IMG/VR virus record: IMGVR_UViG_3300044645_002359
Location: 1 to 64,000 of that record
Direction: 5' to 3' (one strand)
Length of the DNA stretch: 64,000 nt
Shown here: piece by piece, positions 56,625-64,000 of the stretch
How positions within the stretch are numbered: the stretch's first letter is position 1
Layout: every line of letters begins with the position of its first letter
Translations under genes and position numbers: made by a program
Notes under the pieces: model-generated
Told to the model about the DNA's origin: nothing
Databases searched by the model: none
What the model saw: the letters and a program-made list of their open reading frames with translations, nothing else

Positions 56625-58118
56625 ATGACAACCTTTTTGAACGCACTCGAAAACGAATTCAATACTACGACCACAGCCAACGGCGCAAAAGCCTATAAGT
56701 CCACAGGTTCCAAGAACCTGGACCTTTTCGGGAAGATTGCAGCCTGCCGCAACGACGTTAGCGAAGCAACTCGCCTATTCAACCTTGCTTATGCTGAAGA
56801 CCCTGAGACCGCAACCAGAATCCTGTTCTGGGCACGTGACATTCGCGGTGGCCAGGGTGAGCGTAAGATCTTCCGAGAAGTTTTCAAGGAGCTGGTTCGC
56901 AATGATGCTACAATCGGCGCGAAACTCATTAGTTTGATCCCGCAGTATGGACGCTGGGATGATGTGGTAGCCCTTGAAGGCACCCTAGTTTGGAATGTTG
57001 CACTCGAGGCAATCAAGGCACAGCTGAACGCTGACTTGAACACCGAAGTTGGAAACTCCGTGTCATTGCTTGCGAAATGGCTCCCTTCCATTAACGCCTC
57101 TAGCAAGGAGTCTAAGAGGATTGGCCGCAAGATTGCCGAGGCAATGGGTTGGAATGAGCGTCAATATCGCAAGGCTTTGACTGCTCTTAGGACACAAATC
57201 AAAATTGTCGAACAGGCAATGTGTGCCCGTGAGTGGGATGCCATTGATTATAGCAAGTTGCCTTCTCGTGCAGGCTTCATGTATCGGAAAGCTTTCGCAA
57301 ATCGTGATGGCGACCGTTACCAGTCCTACCTGGATGCAGTTAAAAAAGGTGAAGCAAAGATCAATGCCGGTACTTTGTATCCGTATGACATCGTTGAGAA
57401 GTGTCTCTACAACCAAGAATCCAATGATACTCTAGAAGTAATGTGGAAAGCCCTGCCGAACTTCATGGAGGGCAAGGAATTGAATGGGCTTGTTGTTGCC
57501 GATGTTAGCCGTTCTATGTCAGGCCGTCCAATGGCAGTATCCATCTCTCTGGCGATGTATATCGCAGAGCGTAATACCGGCATCTGGAAGGACAAGTTCC
57601 TAACATTCTCAGGGAATCCTTCTCTACAGACTGTGACTGGCAGTAGCCTTTCAAACAAGGTTCGCAACCTTAGCCGAGCAGATTGGGGCGGTAACACTGA
57701 TATTCAGAAGACGTTTGACCTTATTCTGGATACTGCAGTTCGGAACAACATTCCAGAGTCAGACATGCCCCGCAAACTGATTATTGTCTCAGACATGCAG
57801 TTTGATAACTGTGTTATCATGGGAGGTAATTACTCCGGTCGTATGAGTTATGGCGGAGCCCGAGTCACCAACTACGAAGCAATCCGCATCAAGTACGCTC
57901 AAGCTGGCTACAGCTTGCCCGAAGTTATCTTCTGGAATGTCGATTCCTCAGATAACGTCCCGATGAAGGCACATGATTCCGGTACCGCTCTCGTTAGCGG
58001 TTGCTCTCCGTCAATCCTGACCGCAGTTCTTACCAGAAACGCAATCACCCCATTGTCCCTAATGAGAGATGCTGTTTATACTGAAAGGTATGACGCTGTG
58101 GGTGCGGTCTTTAACTGA
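56625..58118 (+). CDS. TROVE/Ro60-related DUF2828 + vWA protein
   Basis: T.NGA.AY.STG...LDLF...RDIRGG.GER...YGRWDD...AKWLPS...ADVSRSM...SDMQFD...FWNV...SG.SP. Confidence 0.85.
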   Translation: MTTFLNALENEFNTTTTANGAKAYKSTGSKNLDLFGKIAACRNDVSEATRLFNLAYAEDPETATRILFWARDIRGGQGERKIFREVFKELVRNDATIGAKLISLIPQYGRWDDVVALEGTLVWNVALEAIKAQLNADLNTEVGNSVSLLAKWLPSINASSKESKRIGRKIAEAMGWNERQYRKALTALRTQIKIVEQAMCAREWDAIDYSKLPSRAGFMYRKAFANRDGDRYQSYLDAVKKGEAKINAGTLYPYDIVEKCLYNQESNDTLEVMWKALPNFMEGKELNGLVVADVSRSMSGRPMAVSISLAMYIAERNTGIWKDKFLTFSGNPSLQTVTGSSLSNKVRNLSRADWGGNTDIQKTFDLILDTAVRNNIPESDMPRKLIIVSDMQFDNCVIMGGNYSGRMSYGGARVTNYEAIRIKYAQAGYSLPEVIFWNVDSSDNVPMKAHDSGTALVSGCSPSILTAVLTRNAITPLSLMRDAVYTERYDAVGAVFN

Positions 58119-58305
58119 TGGAAAGGACCCTAGTAACTACGTTAATGTCAGCCCAGGGTCTTCTCCTTGGGTTGAAGTTAACAGGGCAAATAGCCTGGTC
58201 GTGGCTGTGGGTGTTTAGTCCTATTTTAGTTGTAAGCTGTGGGTTAGGGTTACTTATCCTCCTATTGATCCTAGGGTTGATGGGCGGTAAGTAAGGCAGA
58301 CCCGT

Positions 58306-58359
58306 AAGATGGTTCAGCAATCAAACCTTTCTTTGTAACAGAAAAAACCAACCATCTTG
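58306..58359 (+). ncRNA. Helix-CAGCAA module presenting a Tyr(GTA)-like anticodon stem-loop
   Basis: aagatggtt-cagcaa...tttct-ttgtaac-agaaa...aaccatctt. Confidence 0.75.
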
Positions 58360-58403
58360 TTTAAATAAAGTCAACTTCCCTGGTAGTTCACCGGGGCAAC
58401 AAT

Positions 58404-58520
58404 GGGGAATGGTGCAATGGCAGCACACGTAATTAACGGTTACCTTGGATAAGGTACAGACAGCAATTACAAAAATTCCATTCCACGGACGTGACGGAGG
58501 TTCGATTCCTTCTTCCCCAT
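58404..58520 (+). ncRNA. tRNA body (Gly TCC-like) with CAGCAA hairpin inserted in the anticodon stem
   Basis: D and T arms; gtacctt-ggat-aaggtac-aga-cagcaa; cc-attccac-gg. Confidence 0.7.
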
Positions 58521-58719
58521 TTTCGAAAATCAACTCAAGCAATCAACAATGAAGTCATCTCATCTTTACACTTTGATCGGTGTTGTAGCACTGTGGTTTG
58601 TATTGACCTTGACACTAATTCTCAAGGAAAACTATCAAGGTGCTATCGGAACCGGATTGGCCCTTTTCTTTTCCTCGGTTGGTACGATAGGTGTTGTTGC
58701 CCATTTTGAAGGGAACAGG

Positions 58720-58782
58720 CGGTAAACCGCCCCATGTGGTTCGGTTTGCACCCTTGTTTTCGCACCGCGAAAACGCTATGAT
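58720..58782 (+). promoter_or_regulatory. Class I repeated promoter
   Basis: cggtaaaccg; TTGTTT-17-TATGAT; ATG 58789. Confidence 0.85.
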
Positions 58783-58788
58783 TATAAC

Positions 58789-59232
58789 ATGAACCAAGAG
58801 ACCTACTTCCCTTGCTCTCGCCAGATCGAGATCCTCGATCAGCACGAGAACGCCAACGAGATTCCTCCGTACGTTAATTATCTGGTGCGGTTTGAGAACC
58901 CCTACGGTGGAGAAAGTGTCGGAGTGGTAATTGAGCCCAACTCCGAAGGCGTCGAAGAAGTTTACACTAACCAGAAATTTCCGGTAGCTTCCATGCTTCC
59001 TGGCCAATCGGAAAATGACGAGCTTCTGCTCAACCTTTTCCGCACCTGGGTGTTGACTCCGCCGATGTTTACACAAGTCACTGTTCGTCAACAGACGGAC
59101 AAGTTCTACACCTTGAGTTTTCACAATCAGCACTGGAATTTCCATGCCCGCTCTCGGAACCTCTCGTACATCAAAGGGAAGATTCGGAACCTAGCAAAGT
59201 CCCGTGATGTGAAGGTCACCTGGGAGGTTTGA
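58789..59232 (+). CDS. Hypothetical protein (leaderless)
   Basis: ATG 6 nt after -10. Confidence 0.7.
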   Translation: MNQETYFPCSRQIEILDQHENANEIPPYVNYLVRFENPYGGESVGVVIEPNSEGVEEVYTNQKFPVASMLPGQSENDELLLNLFRTWVLTPPMFTQVTVRQQTDKFYTLSFHNQHWNFHARSRNLSYIKGKIRNLAKSRDVKVTWEV

Positions 59233-59272
59233 CTCCAAGTTTACCTCCCTCCTTGAGGCCTATGCTGTTTTT

Positions 59273-59363
59273 GAGACGAGTCAGCGTTAACTAAAGGATA
59301 ATGCGAGACAGTTAAAAACTTTTTCAGCTAGGTGGTTCAAATCCACTGTCAACACTCATCTTG
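59273..59363 (+). ncRNA. Y-RNA-like module: terminal helix, CAGCG and internal T arm
   Basis: gagacgagt-cagcg...gtgg-ttcaaat-ccac...actcatctt; starts at predicted +1 of the TATGCT promoter. Confidence 0.65.
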
Positions 59364-59377
59364 TTCACAAATAAAAC

Positions 59378-59501
59378 CGAAGAGTAGACAAGTGGTTAGG
59401 CAGCGGTAATGCAAAAAAGATTATCTAGTTTAGGTGATTCAGCAATACCCTAATACGCTAAAAGGAACCGCCATACGCAAGTTCGAATCTTGCCTCTTCG
59501 A
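59378..59501 (+). ncRNA. tRNA body with CAGCAA hairpin inside the anticodon loop
   Basis: cgaagag/ctcttcg; gcggt..accgc encloses gattatcta-gtt-taggtgatt-cagcaa. Confidence 0.7.
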
Positions 59502-59521
59502 TTGTTTTTCTTTGAAAACGT

Positions 59522-59570
59522 AGATAGTTCAGCAATTCACCCTAACTCAATAAGGAAAACAACTATCTTG
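59522..59570 (+). ncRNA. Helix-CAGCAA module, type 1
   Basis: agatagtt-cagcaa...cct-aactcaata-agg...aactatct. Confidence 0.7.
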
Positions 59571-59609
59571 CTGAATCTAGTTTCAACAAACTATTTGCGA
59601 AGCAAATAA

Positions 59610-59727
59610 GGGACCGTAGCTCAACTGGTAGAGCGCTAAATAAAAGTTATCTTGTACAAGATACGTCAGCAATTAAAAAATACCTCGTTTAAAGGAGTGG
59701 TTGCAGGTTCGAGTCCTGCCGGTCCCA
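59610..59727 (+). ncRNA. tRNA body (Lys TTT-like) with CAGCAA hairpin between the D and anticodon arms
   Basis: gggaccg/cggtccc; tatcttg-tac-aagata-cgt-cagcaa; cct-cgtttaa-agg. Confidence 0.7.
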
Positions 59728-59970
59728 TTTACCCCAAGTCTAGCCATGAAAATTTCACGGTTGTTACCCTGCTGGCCTGCACAGTGCTAACTCTCTCGCC
59801 AACGTGGGCAAAATACCAGAGTCTAATCACTGGCGCAAACCCGGAGGAAGTTCAAGAAAATGCCTTCAAGAAAAGTATGAGCTATCCGGTGGGCTCTCTC
59901 AAGTGTAGCCAGCGTTGTTCTCAGTGGTGGCATCACGACTGACTTAGCATCAAGAGTAAAAAAGTTTAAC

Positions 59971-60339
59971 ATGACAAATAGTACAACCCCGTTTCACTTG
60001 ACCCAAAGTCACCTGAAACTGCTGAGGAGAATGCACGTAGGTTGGAGCGTCTGTGAGTTTGGTGCTCCCGAGATAGACCCAAAGAGACCATACGGCAACA
60101 GTTGGGTGCTTGGCGACATACACGAGATTTTGACAGGGGAAGACATAGACGAACTAACTGAATCTCAGAAGGAGGAATACAGGCAGTTACACGAAGAAAC
60201 TCAAACAGCCCTCCAGATTATCCTTTCCATGGGCAAGTTTGAGGAAGGCTTGTACATACGGACTAACCCGTACTCTTCCACCTGGGTACCGTACCCACTC
60301 GCGGGCAGAATCGCGGAAAAATCACAAAACGCTACTTAG
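59971..60339 (+). CDS. Conserved phage hypothetical protein
   Basis: GAPEIDPKRPYGNS....DIHEIL. Confidence 0.75.
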   Translation: MTNSTTPFHLTQSHLKLLRRMHVGWSVCEFGAPEIDPKRPYGNSWVLGDIHEILTGEDIDELTESQKEEYRQLHEETQTALQIILSMGKFEEGLYIRTNPYSSTWVPYPLAGRIAEKSQNAT

Positions 60340-60491
60340 TGGGCCAAATCGTAAGACCTCTTTCAGATTTACACCAGACTCTACCAACGAAGCGGGGACA
60401 AGGGCTGCCTTGAACTGCCAGAAACACCGACTTTTTCGGTTTTTGGGGCGAGAACCGGGGGTCAACCGGCTGAGACAGTTTCCAAGAGGTT

Positions 60492-60554
60492 CGGTTACCC
60501 GAACCGGGTGGTTCGGTTCCCCTCCTTGTTTTTGCAGCGCAAAAACGCTATAGT
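60492..60554 (+). promoter_or_regulatory. Class I repeated promoter
   Basis: cggttacccg; TTGTTT-17-TATAGT; ATG 60561. Confidence 0.85.
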
Positions 60555-60560
60555 AAGAGT

Positions 60561-60764
60561 ATGAAAGTTGATCCCTCCACTCAAGTCTCCATCCGCTTTG
60601 ACCCTGTGTCGGTCGAATGGTTTTTGCAAGAAACCGTGAAGGCAGGTGCCTTCAGTTTTCAAGCCACTAAGGTATCCCCGAATTTCTCGAGGCTCTCCGA
60701 GGCTGAAGCTGCTCTGGCTGCTCTGCTTGAAGTGTACGACGCTGCGATGAAAGCCTGCGCCTGA
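60561..60764 (+). CDS. Hypothetical protein (leaderless)
   Basis: ATG 6 nt after -10. Confidence 0.65.
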   Translation: MKVDPSTQVSIRFDPVSVEWFLQETVKAGAFSFQATKVSPNFSRLSEAEAALAALLEVYDAAMKACA

Positions 60765-61020
60765 GCTCAGTGAGTTCGGTAACCCAACCTTTTATTCTTT
60801 CTGAGAAACCGTCCCAGTATGATTATGAAAACTACTAACGCCTCTGAGGAGGCTCTGCTCCTCGCTGGGTTAATGGCGGATTGCGCCATTCGTCTTGTCG
60901 GAGGACAAGACTTAAACGGCACGGTCCCCGCAGCGCACCCGGACGATTTTTCTTACTTTGTCAAACACTTGCGTATTTCAGTAGAGCGGTACAACCGACA
61001 CATCATGTCAATGAACAGCA

Positions 61021-61266
61021 ATGACTAAGCTCCTCTCCCTCGCCGCTCAAGCTACGCTTGATGCTTTCACCGCCGGATGGCTAGACGAGCCCTTGGATCA
61101 GGATCGTTGTCAGTTGGCATCCTCTATTCGCGCCTTAGCAAATCAGCCCCAGGAAGTTCCTGTTCATATTCAGGGCGAGAGCTATTGGCCGTATGTGAAC
61201 GGCATTGAGGCCATGCAAGTGTTCCTCGAGCGCATCGCCGACGAACTAGAGGGCCCCAATGGCTGA
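61021..61266 (+). CDS. Hypothetical protein, paralog of 61259
   Basis: LS.AAQA...IRA.A....IA.ELEG. Confidence 0.7.
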   Translation: MTKLLSLAAQATLDAFTAGWLDEPLDQDRCQLASSIRALANQPQEVPVHIQGESYWPYVNGIEAMQVFLERIADELEGPNG

Positions 61267-61510
61267 CTTATCCCCTGCCGCGCAAGCAGTGGTCAACAAA
61301 ATTGCTGCCAGTGACTGCATTGATCGCGGGGATGTCTACTACCGCCAAGTCGCCACCGTCACCATTCGCGCCGTGGCAGATCTGGTAGTTCCCCTTGAGC
61401 TAGGCCCCCCAGAGCAAGCGCCGATAGACAGCTTCCAGAGGCAAGACCAGCGCAGCAAGACCCGCCGCGAACTCCTTGCCCTAGCCACCGAGTTGGAGGG
61501 CTCCATTTAA
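61259..61510 (+). CDS. Hypothetical protein, paralog of 61021
   Basis: LSPAAQAV...IRAVAD...LATELEG. Confidence 0.7.
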   Translation: MADLSPAAQAVVNKIAASDCIDRGDVYYRQVATVTIRAVADLVVPLELGPPEQAPIDSFQRQDQRSKTRRELLALATELEGSI

Positions 61511-61932
61511 TGTCACCTTGTTCATCCTGCATCCACTATCGAGTGGCCATAGGCAGTCTTCACCCTATCGAAAGGTGGTGCGCTATTTCGGGAGAATGGT
61601 TAAGTGCCAGCGACGTATGGCACAATAATCCTGAGGCACATACCCGAGTTTGGGGAGTCAAAACAAACGACATCCCCGAGTGTAAGTTTACCATGTCTGC
61701 CCGAGAAGTTTGGGAGTTTGACGAATGGCGTGCTTCAAAAATGACTCTATACTATCGGGAGAATCGCGGAGGGTACAAAGGCTTCCACAACGATTTGCGT
61801 AATAGCCACTGGATAGACGCTCTCAACGAAGAAAAAGAGGTGGAATTAAACAACAGTAAGAGGTTCTGGCCCGGTGGTGATCTTCACCACTTTGTACAAC
61901 GACAACCCCGCGCCATCGCCAACGAGCTATAG
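61510..61932 (+). CDS. Hypothetical protein
   Basis: Tiled ORF, N-terminal CxxC. Confidence 0.6.
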   Translation: MSPCSSCIHYRVAIGSLHPIERWCAISGEWLSASDVWHNNPEAHTRVWGVKTNDIPECKFTMSAREVWEFDEWRASKMTLYYRENRGGYKGFHNDLRNSHWIDALNEEKEVELNNSKRFWPGGDLHHFVQRQPRAIANEL

Positions 61933-61935
61933 GGT

Positions 61936-61999
61936 CGGTAAGCCGCCCGTAAACGTTCGGTTCTCCCCCCTTGTTTTCGCACCGCTAAAACGCTAAAAT
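61936..61999 (+). promoter_or_regulatory. Class I repeated promoter (leadered transcript)
   Basis: cggtaagccg; TTGTTT-17-TAAAAT; ATG 62031. Confidence 0.8.
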
Positions 62000-62030
62000 A
62001 CTTACAGTTCAAACAACCCTAACAAACAAA

Positions 62031-62858
62031 ATGCCCGCATTTGCAGTCACAGACAACCTCAACTGGGAAGTTGAGCAGCGTCCCGTTTTCTTCCCTGATT
62101 CCCAGGGTAATCCCGTCCGCTTCGAGGACCGGGTTGCTATTGTTCGCAGCGACAATGAGTTCCCCCTGGGTATCGTGTCCGAGGATTACGAAACGGTCCA
62201 GAACAAAGACCTGCTTGGTCTCATCAACCCTATGGTTGAAGAAGGTCTGCTTACCATTGAAAACATGGGTTATCTGGCCCACGGCGCCAAAGTGTTCGCC
62301 CAGGCTGAGATTAACCAAGAGTTCCGCGTGATCGGCGAAGATTACAAAGCTTTCATCACCCTGCTGAACGGTCACGTGGGTAATGCCTCTGTGGCTATCG
62401 GTCCGGTGGCCACCCGCGTTATTTGCGGTAACACTTTCTCCATGGCATACTCTAACATTGGAGAGAAGTTCCGCCACTCTCTGGGTGTGAATGAGCGCAT
62501 TCTTGAGAGCACCGCAGTGCTTGACTTTGTGAATAGCGCCATGGAAAAGTATTCCAAAAACGTTGAAACCATCGCCTCGGCAACTTGCACTTCCGCTCAA
62601 TTCCGCACCTTCCTGGAAGCAACCTATAAGAAGGAAGCGGATAAGATGCGCAATGTGAACGTTCTCAACGATCTGTTCTACAACGGCGCTGGCAACGAAG
62701 GTCGTACCTTCTACGACGCCATGAATGCGGTCACGGACTTCAGCTCCAATCGCAGCCGGAAGACTTCCTCTGGCCGCTTCGGCTACGCCAACTTCGGTCA
62801 AGGTGCCTCCATCAACCAACGGGCGATGCGAGTGGCCCTGGAGATGGCGGCGGTCTGA
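62031..62858 (+). CDS. DUF932 family protein
   Basis: LGIVS.DY..VQN...LLNGH.G...RVIC.NT. Confidence 0.85.
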   Translation: MPAFAVTDNLNWEVEQRPVFFPDSQGNPVRFEDRVAIVRSDNEFPLGIVSEDYETVQNKDLLGLINPMVEEGLLTIENMGYLAHGAKVFAQAEINQEFRVIGEDYKAFITLLNGHVGNASVAIGPVATRVICGNTFSMAYSNIGEKFRHSLGVNERILESTAVLDFVNSAMEKYSKNVETIASATCTSAQFRTFLEATYKKEADKMRNVNVLNDLFYNGAGNEGRTFYDAMNAVTDFSSNRSRKTSSGRFGYANFGQGASINQRAMRVALEMAAV

Positions 62859-62872
62859 CCTGAGCTTACAAG

Positions 62873-62900
62873 GGTCACAGGGTTGTCCCTGTGGCCTTTT
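62873..62900 (+). terminator. Intrinsic terminator
   Basis: ggtcacaggg-ttgt-ccctgtggcc-tttt. Confidence 0.8.
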
Positions 62901-62925
62901 CACACTGGTACACACCCTGTAAACT

Positions 62926-63525
62926 ATGAATATCGAAACGCTAGAAAAGTTCTGTTCGTCTTGGAGAACAAACTTTGAGAAGCCCTTCGTCTACGATAAA
63001 AAAACTTATTCTACTGATGGGCACATTCTCCTCCGTATCGACAGGATGCTAGAAGGTGTTGAAGAGAATCCTGACTTTCCTTATGACAGGATTAAGGAAA
63101 ACTTCGACGGATCTTTTTTGAACCCTGCTCCCTTGGCCGACTATCGCACTGAGGAGAAGACAGAGATCTGTCCCGAGTGTAATGGAAAAGGAATTGTGTC
63201 GACTTGCCCTGAATGTGCAGGAAGTAGGGAGGTAGAATGGGACTCCGGATGGAACTACTACACTGCTGAATGCCAATCTTGTGAAGGTACAGGGACCCTA
63301 GCTGACGGAGATTCGGGGGATGAATGCGATAACTGCGATGGAAAGGGAGTAATTGCGGTGAGAGAGACAGTACAGATTGGAAACTCAACTTTCACTAATC
63401 TCCTAATCAACAAACTTCTAAACAATTTGCCCGAAGACCTTGAGATCTTCCCGAGCACCGAGAAGCGAAAGCCAGCACTCCTGCGTTGGAATGGTGGTGA
63501 CGGTCTTCTTATGCCCCTCCTCTGA
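62926..63525 (+). CDS. Protein with DnaJ-type CxxCxGxG zinc-finger repeats
   Basis: CPECNGKG, CPECAGS, CQSCEGTG, CDNCDGKG. Confidence 0.8.
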   Translation: MNIETLEKFCSSWRTNFEKPFVYDKKTYSTDGHILLRIDRMLEGVEENPDFPYDRIKENFDGSFLNPAPLADYRTEEKTEICPECNGKGIVSTCPECAGSREVEWDSGWNYYTAECQSCEGTGTLADGDSGDECDNCDGKGVIAVRETVQIGNSTFTNLLINKLLNNLPEDLEIFPSTEKRKPALLRWNGGDGLLMPLL

Positions 63526-64000
63526 TTCACCTCGTAAACAACAAAACTCACAAAAAAATGACAATCACCAACCTTGCACAATCCGCTCGCCTAAGCATTC
63601 AACTGGACACTTCCCCAGGTCTTCCAAAGCTGCCCCACATTCCCCGCAACATCCTCGCCGACAAACTGACTCCGGAACAGCAGGAGGCAAACCTCCTTCA
63701 CGTGTCTCTCTGGATCGTTGAGCGCGACCAGGGAAACTTGAAGATGAACTCGTGGCATGATTCTTGGGCGAACAATTTTGGCTGTGATTTGGATGGCAAG
63801 TACTGGAAGTGGTGCGGTGAACCCTCCTATAAGGAAGGTTTCTACAGCTGCGGTACCGTTCACTGCATTGCCGGTTTCGCCCAGGCAATGGCCGGAGAGG
63901 TGGCGTTTGCTACGTACCCGGCTGCTGCCGGTGAGCACCTGCTCGGAATAGAAGCTGCCTGCCACTTTAACGACAAAGAACACACAGCACTGCAATACCT

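Noticed and set aside
59540-59556. Opal-suppressor (TCA) anticodon in the 59522 module
   Set aside because: The stem is only 3 bp, the register is ambiguous (TCA versus CAA), and there is no tRNA body.
2618-61999. Repeated CGGTTAACCG/TTCGGTT elements or CAGCAA units as a CRISPR array
   Set aside because: They are dispersed rather than regularly spaced, degenerate, and explained as promoters or RNA modules. No cas genes were seen.
31798-62915. Long minus-strand ORFs (31798-32643, 34993-36054, 52602-53459, 62019-62915 and others)
   Set aside because: They are antisense shadows of recognisable + strand genes with no motifs of their own. Only 41043-42131 has real domain motifs.

Overview
This looks like 64 kb of a large lytic cyanophage genome, probably infecting Synechococcus/Cyanobium. 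The host is inferred from the cyanobacterial-type EF-Ts, SLH porin and two-piece tmRNA. Genes are almost all on the + strand. The window holds about 33 tRNAs plus aberrant tRNA-like genes, a permuted tmRNA, EF-Ts, a Pth2-like protein, RNA repair enzymes, a Prs/NAMPT pair resembling NARP1, NADAR and macrodomain genes, lysozyme, RlpA, HNH and many small hypothetical ORFs. Four things stand out. (1) A TROVE/DUF2828-vWA gene sits with a dispersed family of helix-CAGCAA RNA modules, which either display an isolated anticodon stem-loop or are grafted into tRNA bodies. (2) An Rnl1 RNA ligase is fractured by a split intein, with an antisense Vsr-like endonuclease between the halves. (3) Twenty-three copies of a fixed-geometry promoter mostly make leaderless mRNAs and carry a covarying spacer palindrome. 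(4) Five late genes share an N-terminal DFTRC domain fused to different cargo domains. Several ORFs have single indels or in-frame stops, which may be sequence errors. All assignments were made by eye, and coordinates may be off by a few nt.
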